DNA of 64,000 nucleotides from Felis catus (Eukaryota). The DNA lies in the NCBI RefSeq assembly GCF_018350175.1, contig NC_058368.1:150228001-150292000 (forward strand), read 5' to 3'. Each line of letters opens with the position of its first letter. Within the stretch, counting starts at the first letter, position 1. This document shows, piece after piece, positions 39,778 through 51,728 of this stretch. Below the pieces are notes generated by a model, which was given only the letters and a program-made list of their open reading frames with translations, did no database searches and was not told the DNA's origin. The position numbers and the translations under genes were made by a program.

Positions 39778-40017
39778 TGGCATGGAGGAAAGAAATGTGG
39801 TAGAATGAAACAGACATGGATTTGAATTTATTTTGTCATTTGATAGCCTGGTGATCATGGGCAAGTCAACCAAGTTCTCTGAGTTTCAGTTTCCTCGTGT
39901 GTAAAATACGAATAGTTTCTATTTTGTAAGAGTGTTCTAAAGATGAGCAAAAATAAAATGTGAATCGTGGCAGATGGCATTAAGTAACAGCTATTATTAT
40001 GAAAATTATCATTATTA
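39778..40017 (+). mobile_element. MIR SINE
   Basis: gtgatcatgggcaagtcaaccaagttctctgagtttcagtttcctcgtgtgtaaaat core. Confidence 0.85.
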
Positions 40018-40298
40018 GTCATGTAACAATTGTAAGTTCCCTTATAAAATTCACAAGCACTCTGGGAATGAATCAATTTCTAAATTGCTATTGTAATGAA
40101 GGTAGGACATCTTTCCTGAGTTAGGATTCTAGAATCTTGTAAGCAGAAATATATTACTTATATTTTGTTATCTGTAGTCCTTAATTTAGATATTAACTAA
40201 ATTAGCTCAGAATCTTAGCTAAAACATATATACACTCACTTTTCTACAAAATATGATCAGATATTTGTAATAGGTTAAATTACTGTGCTTCTGATACA

Positions 40299-40304
40299 AG
40301 AAAG

Positions 40305-40351
<47 letters not shown>
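40299..40351 (+). repeat. (AAAG)n tetranucleotide microsatellite
   Basis: Read directly. Confidence 0.95.
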
Positions 40352-43300
40352 GGCAAATTTCCCCTAGGATTCTTGTGGAAAATTAATCTGCTAATTTCTA
40401 AAGCCCACTGTGATTCAAAATGCCTTGTTGAGTCTTCAACACGTGTATTGTTTTAAATACAGCAGATGCTTCTGTGTGGGGCACATTTCTACCCTCTGCC
40501 ATCACTTATGAGCAGATAGAATGGGGTAGTGCTGCAGCCTAGCTGTGTGCCCCAAAGAAAAATATAGCCCAGAAAAAGTGCAAGAAGAATCTACTATCCA
40601 GAATATCTGCCTCTAAGTGCAGCATCAGGTAGAGAACACCTGAGCAAGGACATTCATTAGGAAATTTCTGTACACCAAATACACTCCTACACATGAAAGG
40701 GAGGAAAGAGCCCCCTTGATTTGTGTTTATGAGATTACAAATCATTCCTCCAGAAAATATAGAAAGACTCTCCCTCGGGTATATAACATAAAATGCCAAA
40801 GTCGATTAATTCCATTAATTCCATTAAAAGCACCTGAATAGACACTAAAAATTTCAGACATCTGTATCAATCTAAATCTATACATATCAGATAAATTCGT
40901 ACTAAGATAAAAATAGAGGGGAAAAAAAGAGAGAAATGCAAAATGCACAGAATTGTTTTCATCAGGATTCAACTGTAACACCTAAAGAATGAGCCAAATA
41001 TTTTATCCTTGGAGAAACCAAGGTTAAATTATGAATATCTTAATATTTTCTGTATCAAAAATATTTTAATCATAATTCAAATTCCCTTTTTCTCTAGTTT
41101 TATAGATGGAGCTTCTTTGTTTATTCACTTTCTATAGAAATGATACAAAGAAAGAAAATTACCTATGTAAGTTTGGTAAGATTAAAACACGTACATTCAT
41201 CACCAACAGTTGATTTTTTCTAAATACTTGTGGATTCCTTGCTTTTCAGTAATTTTAAATATCAAATCCATCTTTTAGGATGAGCCAACTTGAGCAGCCT
41301 GTGGCCTAAAAACTTATCGACTATACATATTTTAAAGCACCATTTTTCCTATCATAAAGCTACAAACATCTGCACTGATTACAATTAAAAACAGTGTAAA
41401 AGATTATCACTCCAATTATAGCTTCTTGTTCTCATCAAAATTCAGAACTGTCCTCAGACAGCAACGTGTGTGATGCCCATATGCCTTTTTCTTTGAAATG
41501 AAACCTCCCTGAGATTTTTTTTCCCACTTCTTTAAAACAATGAATACGTGTAGTTGCCCTGAATTTATCTTTACCAGAAAACTAGCCTTTTATTGAGACA
41601 CATGTTCAAAACTGTTTGAAAGCCTATTTTTCCTTTCTTATTATGTCAATCTACATAAAAGAAATGAAGAAAAGCACTAGTATGTTACCCAAAAAAAAGT
41701 TTCTATCTTTCCAGTTTTGGGGGGGTGATTTGAATGCTGTCTTAAGGGACACTACTCTATAGTTTGTAATATTATTGACATAGGAAAGTATAGATAAACT
41801 ACTGAATTTGAAATATGTATGCATTAAACTATTATAGAATACTACATTAAAAACTGAACCAATATTTCTCAGAATTTTATAAGTTGTTTCTTTTTATATA
41901 TGGAAATAAAACTGAAGTATATATGTAATAATTAGTAAAAAAATAAAAAGTAAAAATTGAATATAATTTTTAAATTATCAATCAGGTAAGAAATTATATG
42001 AAAAAATCACTTTTAGGGAAATCATGAAACAGTTGCACAATTATATATATATATACATATATGTGTGTATGTATATATATCCACATATAGATATAAAATA
42101 TCAGTAAGTATTTCTTGCTTAAGATTTAACATTGCTAAGTAAGGCAAAACAATTGGGGGAAAATATTCAGTATTTTGTGTGACATAAATTTTCCACCATA
42201 GTTGTTTAAAATCTACAAATGAGGACAAAAGTGAAAACATGGATTGGCCTTTCTTTAAGCAAATTTATATTAAAATTTAGTACAAAGTGGAGAAACTAAA
42301 GAACATTCTGTTTGGTGCAGCTTTTAAGAAGAACATCCTTACTTTAAAATATCTGTTCATCTAAATTAAATGGTGAAAACACAAATGTTCAAAAAGAACA
42401 CAACTAAGGCAAATCCATCATAGCAATCAGAAAATGTTAAATTTAATTTTGTTTGTTTATAACTGAATTTTTGAATATTTAATACATATGCCAAAAACGA
42501 GGAAAATAACCAATAAAATTATTTTCCCACAACAATATTATGTAAAATGTATGAAAAGTTGTTTCCACACCTCTTCAAAAGAACTAAATCCATTTACTAA
42601 ATCCTTTCAAGTAGGGATATCTTATAGAAAATATTTATCAGCCATTGATCACCCTGTATACAAATAAAGTTCCAACTTGTATTTCTTATTGCTCTCCAAC
42701 CACAATAAAAAATATGATTTTTAGGCCACAAGTTCTTCAAAAATTTGTGTTTTACAGATACAATGCCACAGCTTTTTACACTAAAAGCCCCCTTTATTGA
42801 TTATTCACAAACCTTAATCTTTGACCCATGTCTAAAACTATACCGAGGCTTGTTGCAGAAATATGGAAATCTGCTTCTTTGCATCATTAAAAGGCATCTA
42901 TACCTCATCGGTGAAAATATTATAAAGCTAATCTTTTCACATTACACAAGAAGGCAACTATATTCCCAGAGCAGAATGGTTTATATCTGTAGGTACAATA
43001 AATATAATATTAAAATGTGTGAATCAGTGGGATCAAAAGGGAGAATTCCTATGCCAATGGAATAAATCTCAGGAAAGACAGAAATGTGTGATTTTGGTTA
43101 AGGGCAGTTGATACCAGTTGAAGACTGACTTGTTAAAGAAAGTTCATGGACACTCGCTATACATATGAATAGTGTGGATAAGGACATTTTAATGACATTT
43201 TGCAAGGATGACAATGGAAAGTTGTGTTTCTGAGAGTGACAAAAATACCTCAGCTGGTAAACTATACCTTTACAGTCTGATGTTCCAAGCACTGCTTGTA

Positions 43301-43482
43301 GGATAGCACATCAGAGCAGTGGTAAGAAAAAAGTGTCAGAGAGTATAACTATTTTAGGTGTTTCCAAGAAGGTGGTTCTTTGATTTTATCACCTTAGATT
43401 ATGTCAGTATTAGAGTGCTGAAGAGGACTTTTTATGGGGGGTGGAGGGGTGTGGGGAGCCTGACAGAAGCACACATGCACAG

Positions 43483-43514
<32 letters not shown>

Positions 43515-43515
43515 A
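43483..43515 (+). repeat. (CA)n microsatellite
   Basis: Read directly. Confidence 0.93.
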
Positions 43516-43889
43516 ACCTCTAAGTCTTTGAAAAATTGAAATTTTAAAATTCCAAAATAGGAATTTTAAAGGGAAGTTGTCGAGAAAGAATGTAATAAAA
43601 TAGAATGTAAAGGAAAAGGAAAGGAAAAAAGAACCCTAATTTTTGAACTATCTCCACTCAAGCCAAAATTGCACCCCAAATTTAAAGCTAGGCTGTTTCA
43701 ACTTCTGGGATTCTTTAACTTAAAGTCTTTATGTTTTTCAAGCAAAATAACGCCTTTTTGACTGAGTTGTCTGAATAATTATGATCATTCCTCTCTTATT
43801 TGCCTTGTAGACACTATCTAAACACAGACGCGAATCGGTACAGACACGAATTGGTTCCCTGAGACGAGGTCTTCGGGAGACTTCTCACA

Positions 43890-43908
43890 CAGCCACTAGA
43901 TGGCATGA
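43890..43908 (+). promoter_or_regulatory. Putative CTCF binding site
   Basis: cagCCACTAGATGGCAtga fits the CTCF core CCASYAGRKGGCR and lies in a local CpG-retaining patch. Confidence 0.65.
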
Positions 43909-46629
43909 GAGCACTGCATTGCGCCTGCTTGGCCACACTGCCGCTTGCAACATTGAGGCGTTTATTCTCCTGCTAAGAGAGCTCAATGTTTAGTCAAGTA
44001 AGATGCATTTTCTTTCAGAGAAATCTTTTCTGTGTCGCATGACACTTCTCAGGACACAAAGGGGGTATTCCACCCTCCCCCCCCACACACACACTCAGAA
44101 AATGTCGAATTAAATTTGGAATAGTAAAAATCATTTCAGTATTTACTGGGGCTTCCTGAGAACTTTACCTTTCAGTTCTTCAGGGGATAGTCTGCTATTT
44201 GTTATGCAGCCTTCCTTAATAGGTAGTTAGAGGGAAAGAGAAGTCCCTTCAGCATTTTGCCTGTGCTCAAACAACTGCAGACAAAGTTTGCATATTCTCA
44301 GTCATCTCTCTCATTCCCCTGATTTTTTTTTTCATCAAAAATTCTCTTTGTCTTTCTTCATCTGATATTGTGGGATCTCTCATTAAGGACTGTAATATGA
44401 AAAGCCGGATTTAAAACTGCTTTCAGAATGGCAGTTGTCCTCTTTTAATATTCTTCACCAGCAAAGCAAAAGGAAATGTCTTTGTTCTTGCTTTTCAAAT
44501 GCAATGTTTTTGCTTCATTTAATGTTTCTGCCTGATCACTAGGCACCTTCTAATCTACCCTCCAAACTTTGAGATATACTTTTATGTTGGGTGTATTTCC
44601 AGCTTTCCAATATATAGAAGGCAGATACCTCCCTGTGCCTCCACGACAGGAACAATTACCATATTCCTGCAGATTTTATCACCATCTCTCTTCACAAATG
44701 CCCGTTGTAAAAGCTGTTTTGATCTTTTGGATAAGTGCTTTACTTTAAAACAATAGCAAAAAGGTAAAATTAGGCCTCTATGCTCAGCAGTGCATGAATG
44801 ACAAATCTGTTGTAGTTTAGGGTATATTTTAAAAGAGTCCTTCTAAAACCTCTTATAGCAAATTTACATAGGATCAAAAATTATATTACACATTGGCAAA
44901 CTGAACTGCGTAATTTATTTCATATGCTACTGATATAACTATGTTTATACATATAATGGGTTTTACAGTTTTTACATATTATACAATTCAAAGTAAAAGA
45001 TTTCTAAAAGTGTTTTTTTTTAAGTTTTGTGCCACCTTTCGAAAGTTTTTTTTTTTCCTTTGTATAATGTCTCAGAGCAAGATTATCATTTTTCAAGTAA
45101 TCTTCTTAGACCTGATTTAAATAAATTTATAAACAATAGAGATTTTATAAGGACATTCACTTGAACTATTTAGAAAAACAAGGATTCAATAAAACGTGAT
45201 CTTACCTCTTTAAAATACAAATACTGGAGACCAAATGGACAACTTGGCAAAAACTGCTTCATAGGCAATGTTACATCTTGTTCTTACCCTGTGTAGTTCT
45301 GGTTTATGGGAACATAAGTTAATTTGTCATATTAATAGATCCATGGAATAAGTCCTGTGAGTCATACTTTAATTATGGCTCTGATTTTTGGTATCATTTA
45401 AAAATCTTCATTATTTGTATACAATGAGTTGCTATAAAACAGACAGATAATAGATGATAGAGATAGATATAAGATATCCTGAAACTGGAACCTTGTGTGC
45501 ACAACTGATTTACTTAGACATTCTATGTAATTCACAATTGGTCATAAGGGATATAATACAGACTAATGGGTTAATACTTTTAAAGTGAGTGATTTTATAT
45601 ACCAAGCTAAAACCCTTTCTAGAATTATGAGTTCAACTGATTGTGAATGACCGCTAACTTTTTTTGTGGCCTCTAACTCTCCCACACCACTGAAGCATAA
45701 AGTCACTTTATGCTTGAAAATCCACCTGGGAGGGTATATATGTGCTATAGAAACTGCCTGTTCAGTTCTGTTTGATTACGTGTTGAAAAATAATAGCTTT
45801 TCACTGGTTCTGAGAAGGACATTGCCTCCATAAGTATTGCAGTTCATTATTTCAATGAAAACCGTCTTTAAAAATCCTTTTTAAAATTTGGACTCCTTGT
45901 GGATAAATGAGTAAACTACTTACACAAAATGGAAGACTGAAGATACTTTCAAGTGTGGTAGAGGGTTGGAAGAGGTGTGGTAGCTAGAAGCAATACAGAT
46001 TAATGTTTTATTGTATTCTTTCTATATTCATATATTCAAAGAGGTTGATAAAACTTGCAATATCATTTTATGCAAACACAACCTATGGAAAAAATGTTTT
46101 CTTAATGATTTCGTAGATATGCTAGGTCAAGCAGAAAAACCCACATTTAAATTATATTTGGGGTCACACCAAGCAGATTCAACCAGTATTTGAAATGATT
46201 AGTAATGCATTGTATTCTCATTTGTCAATTGATTGTCAGTAACATTAGTATTTATAAAATATAAAAGAAAATCTATTGATCAAAATCTCATTAAAAAACT
46301 ATGTTTCCATTCATTTCTTGCAGGGGGGGGTGTTATTTTGTTTTGTTTTGTTTTGTTTTGAGACAGGCTTTTTTCCTCTAATATTGGGTGGCTTATTTGG
46401 CCAACCAGTTAATTAAATATCACATTCCCCTTTTGACAATAAATAGCACATATTAACAGAAGACAGTGATTATGTAGAAATAAGCTCCTAAACTTCTCTT
46501 CCTTAGTAATTTTTTTATTTCATCTTGTGGTCAAGATTCTACAGAGTCATTGTATATTTTTAAGAAAAAGTAAAGGGGACTCACTAACAATGTGGAAGCT
46601 GTTAATAAAATAAATATCCTCCTTTAAGA

Positions 46630-46631
<2 letters not shown>

Positions 46632-46664
<33 letters not shown>
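46632..46664 (+). repeat. (AC)n microsatellite
   Basis: Read directly. Confidence 0.95.
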
Positions 46665-46667
<3 letters not shown>

Positions 46668-47341
46668 TTACACTCTTGTTGGTTTGGAGTATCTTAGATT
46701 TGAATTACATTTTTAAAATAAAAATCTTAAGTTGGAAGAAATTGGGAAAAAAATTTTTCAAGAAGGCCAGAAGCATATAGGCCATAGAAAACACTAAAGC
46801 CTCTTGAGGTGACTAAAACTCCTATCTCTTTAATATGCAAAATATAGAAGAAATTATTAAGAATTCACCATTGATTTGGAGAAAGAATGCTATTTATTTG
46901 CTGGCTATTTCATTTACTTCCTTCACAGAAGCTCAAGTGATTAGGTCATCTATCCTAAAAATCAAGGCAACTACTTTATCGATATATTAATTCTAATTTC
47001 CCAAGTGCTTTCACAGTGTCTTCCCACAATGCACTGCCCTAAGTATTTAATCTGTGACTGAGGTCGAGTAGTTCAAGCCCCGAGTAAGAGCACAACCTCC
47101 ATCAGCTTCATAAATTTTAGCTTTTCATCAGTTTTCAGCTATGTTTCCACTTCTACTGAGTACAATAGTCAACAAATAAAACAAAGCAAAACAAAACCAC
47201 AGATAGTTGAATAATGTTGGGCCCCTCTATTTGTTTCCACCAAGACTAGTATGTCATTTTGCTCCTTTTCTGATTTGCTGCCTGAATGAATTGTTTACAA
47301 AACATGTAACATTCTGAGATGAACTGGGGAGGGAACAGAAT

Positions 47342-47415
47342 GAGAGAGAGAGAGAGGGAAAGAGACAGAAAGAGAGAGAGAGAGAGTGAAAGGGAGATGA
47401 AGGAAGGAAGAAAAG
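47342..47415 (+). repeat. GA-rich simple repeat
   Basis: Interrupted (GA)n and (GGAA)n. Confidence 0.9.
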
Positions 47416-48104
47416 GTTCAGTTCAACTGGAATCTAGAAATCTGAGCAGGAAATACAGTATGAAGGCCTATCATTCTTCCAGTGGTTCACTTGAGTCAAC
47501 AACGTACAACTTCGTAAAACACTTTTCTCTGCCTCGGTCTCTATGTCTTTCTCTCTCATATATAGACAGGTGTGCACACATACACTCAAACAGACCTCTA
47601 CTCCAAACTGAAATAAAGGGGGACGTGTGCTGCCAATCTTTATGAATGACCATTTGCACCTGGCATTGGCAAGAGCAACAAATGCCAACTGCTTTTTCAG
47701 TTATTTTCCATGTTAAAATGCCACCAAGAAGAGGCTCACATGAAATAAAAACACACCCTGATCCTGAAGAAGACTGCAGGTAACCAGGCCCACACAAACC
47801 TTTGCCCCAGTTTGACTGAAACCCCAAATACATAAATGTAAAGCTGCAGCTGAGTGGGCTCAGATGAAATAGACAAACAGCCGGAAGCATAGAAACATCG
47901 TGTGGAAAAGAATATGAGCAATTAACCCGATAGAAATTTGAGATACATTTTGAAGTCACCAAGATGTTTTCAAGTTTTCGATATCAGTTCTCCAAATCCC
48001 CACTGTTTAGTGAATGATCACAGGAGAGGCCAAGTATATAACATGTGGATATATTGTTGCAACCACTTTTGCCACTTTCCAGAAAGAGAGAGAGAGAGAA
48101 ATGA

Positions 48105-48220
48105 AAATACTTGCTAATAACTTCACCAGGCATCCAATGGCTTAGGTAGAATTAGAATTCAAGACATCAAAAACCTCAATACCCAATTTAATCCTTTAAC
48201 CACCAGTCCACACTCTCTTT
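48105..48220 (-). mobile_element. MIR 5' fragment
   Basis: gtagaattagaattcaagac...ttaatcctttaaccaccagtccacac is the antisense head. Confidence 0.55.
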
Positions 48221-51200
48221 CAAAATTGTTAATAGAAACAACATTGCCCTTTTTGTACAGCTGTAGATGCCCTATTGATCTGTATCACATACCATTTAAC
48301 ACTGGATGATTTGGCTAGGAAAAGCAATGTTCACTGTTCCATGGCAAATCAGACAACAATGCTAAGATAGGCTATAGAACCAGGAAAATAGTATAGGAGA
48401 TGGGGAAACAAACAACCACAAAGAACAAACCTCATCTGCATGGTTTTCACAGCTATTTTTTACTCAGCAAGACAGCAAAGTGGTGGAGCGCAAGTGTATT
48501 AAAAGTAAAACTATTTTTGCCTAACGCAGATGTGGATCATGGGAATGGAAACCTAATAAACCAACAGCTGAGGGCCACATTATTGCCCTATCCTCCTCCC
48601 CTAGCTCATTTAGAAAATGACATGTTTTTCTTCACAATGTTTTCCCCCTCCTCTCTCTTTAGTGGCAGTAATGCTGAATGCTCTTGACATAATTCTTCGC
48701 TCACCCCTGACAGTCATTTTTTTGAATACTATCCCAGTAATAAAACACCTGACCTCAACTCTTTCAAACGGCCATTGGCTTGGGTTACCCCAATTAGCTA
48801 GGCTCATTTGGAAATATCCCGAGGAGTCGGGTGTCTCACTCTTCTCTAAACTCAGCATTAAGAGAGAATACATTGTTTTATTCAGGTCAATTTCTTTTTC
48901 TAGTGGATTTCTTTATTCTTCTATGATCTAAACATAGCAAAATAACAAATTTAAAAAATAATCTACAAGTATGTAGAATTCTGATACTAGATATTTCTGC
49001 CTTGGAAGTCACACAGGACAACATTTCTCGTTCTCCAAGACTTACTTTTCAATATTCAAAGATAATTGAAAGAACTGTGTGTAAAAGGTTCGATGAAGAG
49101 CTCTTTTATTTACATATAAGGTAGCTACAATTCTGCATAACTCAATGAAAATACATATGCACTGCATGCAGAGGGCACATCTGTGAATATGTGAGTATCT
49201 AGGTCAATATATTTGGGGGTACACAGCACCCAAATCAATAGTTCTTTATAAAAAAAAAACCCATAAATGGAGAAGAAAAAAGAAAACGTGTGCCTCTAGA
49301 GATAAAAGTATGTTTATTACATGTCTGTGGGTTAACTAAATTTAAGATTTTTGCCTCAAGAATAAAGTTGGGAGTTACTGTAAATAATAACACTGAGGTT
49401 TCTCAGAGAACTTTGATAAAGGAATATGGGCATTTTCAACATAAATGAGACATAAAGGAAAACAAAAGAGTATATTTAAATTATACACTAAAGTAAGGGC
49501 CCTTTAATTTTTAAATTATTGTGAACTGAAATGCATCTTTGTGTATCTTATATAACAATCCCTTGGCCCCCTTTATTTCATATTTAATATTTACCAGTAA
49601 GTGTAAGGCTTCTCAACAATGGTACAATTTTTCTTCACAAATCCTAACAGGTTTGTGTGTGCTATAAATTTTATCGCGGGTTCCATTTTTATTCCTTCCT
49701 AAACAGGGCAAACTCTAGGATTTCTTGATAGACAATACTTGAAATAGACTATGAAGTGCACACAACTGAAGGCGAACAAATAATGCACACTGAAATGAGT
49801 GCACGTGTCTTCCAAAGACTACAAGCCTCCTTTTGACATTCAACCGACTCAGTAAGGAGGGAAGAAGAAATTGAATTTAGCTGATGCAAATGAAATTAAA
49901 ACTAAATTGGTTGTCACATCAAACTGATGTTAACTATGTAAATGTTTTCTGTTTATAAAACTACAGTTTAGAGTGTCTCGTGCTGTAAAAATAAGAATAT
50001 TTTCATGTTCGTTTAAAATAAAAATTACAAAACAGTGGGAAATTGTTTCAAATCTTTTCCACTTACCCATGTACTATTTAAGGGACTATGAACCATGAAA
50101 ACTGTGTTCATGGAGGATTGAGGTAAATGTGCACATACACACATACACACGTCAATGCACATGCATGCTTTCCTGGCCAGGCAGTATCCCATTACATCAT
50201 TGCTTCAGATGCATTCATTCTCCTCAATATTGTTGGCTGTTTCAGGTTAACTACCAAAATCATTTGCCTGAGAAGCGAGATTTAATTGTCTTACAACTAC
50301 CTCTGTGAGGTACAATAGGGATTACAAGTACCCATTGATTATACTATTGGGTAGAATAAGGGACTCTTATTCTAGCATTTCTCATTCATTTTGTCATTGC
50401 ATTCTCTTTGAAAGAGACCAAATGGGTCCCAGCAGGTGAAAGCAAAGAAACCTGAAAGGCCCCCTTTGATGAATGACAATACCACAACCACCCTCCCCCA
50501 CCATTTTTGGAGATTATAAAACCTTATTAAATCATGCCCTGTTAGATATTGATTGAGAGGGAGCTAAACTAAAACCAACAATAGCAGCATGGATCACAGA
50601 ACACTGCTTTCATCAATGGGCACTAAACACAGCTAAGCTTTCCAATCCTTTTGGTGGGGGGGGGGGGGGGTTGGTTTTTTTTTGTTGTTTTGTTTTTTGT
50701 TTTTTTTACTATTTACTTTTGTTTAAACCATTATCCCAGAAAGTCATACAATTACAGCAGCTTTGTCAGTCAAGAATAGATCGTAGTTGTCGAGCACTTC
50801 ATCTTTTTTAATGTAGTAGTGTATTGCACAAACAATGTTATACTTGGTTAAGATTCAGGATTATTATTATGATTATTGGGGGGGTGCAATTCTGAGTAAT
50901 TATCATAATTATTCTTGACTCTGGGACCCCTTTGATGACAAGGCTGCTTTAAAGTAAACCACTTGGACATAACAACCCAAGATATTTGAAAAGAGGCTGC
51001 TGCCAGGATCAGAGTTGAAAACTCACCCATATTTTAAGGCTATCGTGATTATCAGGCTGTTTGCGTTCCTGGGCTGTCTTTTCTGCCATCTGTGAGCGCC
51101 ACAGCAAACAACCCCTTTATGACAATCACCTCAGTATAAGTTGAATATGTCTGCTTTAGAGGAGACTTCTGCAATAAGACTCTGTGCTAATTAACTGTCA

Positions 51201-51449
51201 GCTTTTTTTTTTTTTAATCAGCATAGTGCATTTCAGAAAGTAAAGACATTTCACCAAAAACTCCTAAACAAGAATTAAGCTTATGTGCTAGACTCCGACA
51301 ACTTCTCCTTGTTCTCAGGCTTTATTCTACGTAAATCTGCTTGCTTTAATGACTTCTCCTGTGATAAAGATTTTCATTTGTCTTGCCAGTTGACTATGGG
51401 TAATAACATTTGCTCCTTCTAGACAGCTACTTGATGCAATAACTTCAAC

Positions 51450-51451
51450 GA

Positions 51452-51507
<56 letters not shown>

Positions 51508-51728
51508 AAAGAAGAAAGAAAGAAAGAAAAAGAAAGAAAAGAAAAGGAGAATAAAAGGAAAGGAGAGGAAAAGGAGAGGAGAGTGAGAGGAGAGGGAGAG
51601 GGAGTGAAGAAGAAGAGGGAGAGGGGGAGGGAGAAGGAGTAGACAGAAAAGGAGGGGAGAGGAAAGGAGGGGAGGGGAGAGAAGAGGAGAAGAGGGTGTA
51701 GGGAAGGGAGGGAAGGGGAGAGAGAAAA
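51450..51728 (+). repeat. (GAAA)n microsatellite running into a polypurine tract of about 280 bp
   Basis: Only 7 pyrimidines counted across the tract. Confidence 0.95.

Noticed and set aside
47471..47962. Longest ORF (163 aa, minus strand)
   Set aside because: It is Cys/Ser/Phe-rich with no recognisable domain, runs through simple repeat, and starts at a non-ATG codon. This is consistent with a chance frame.
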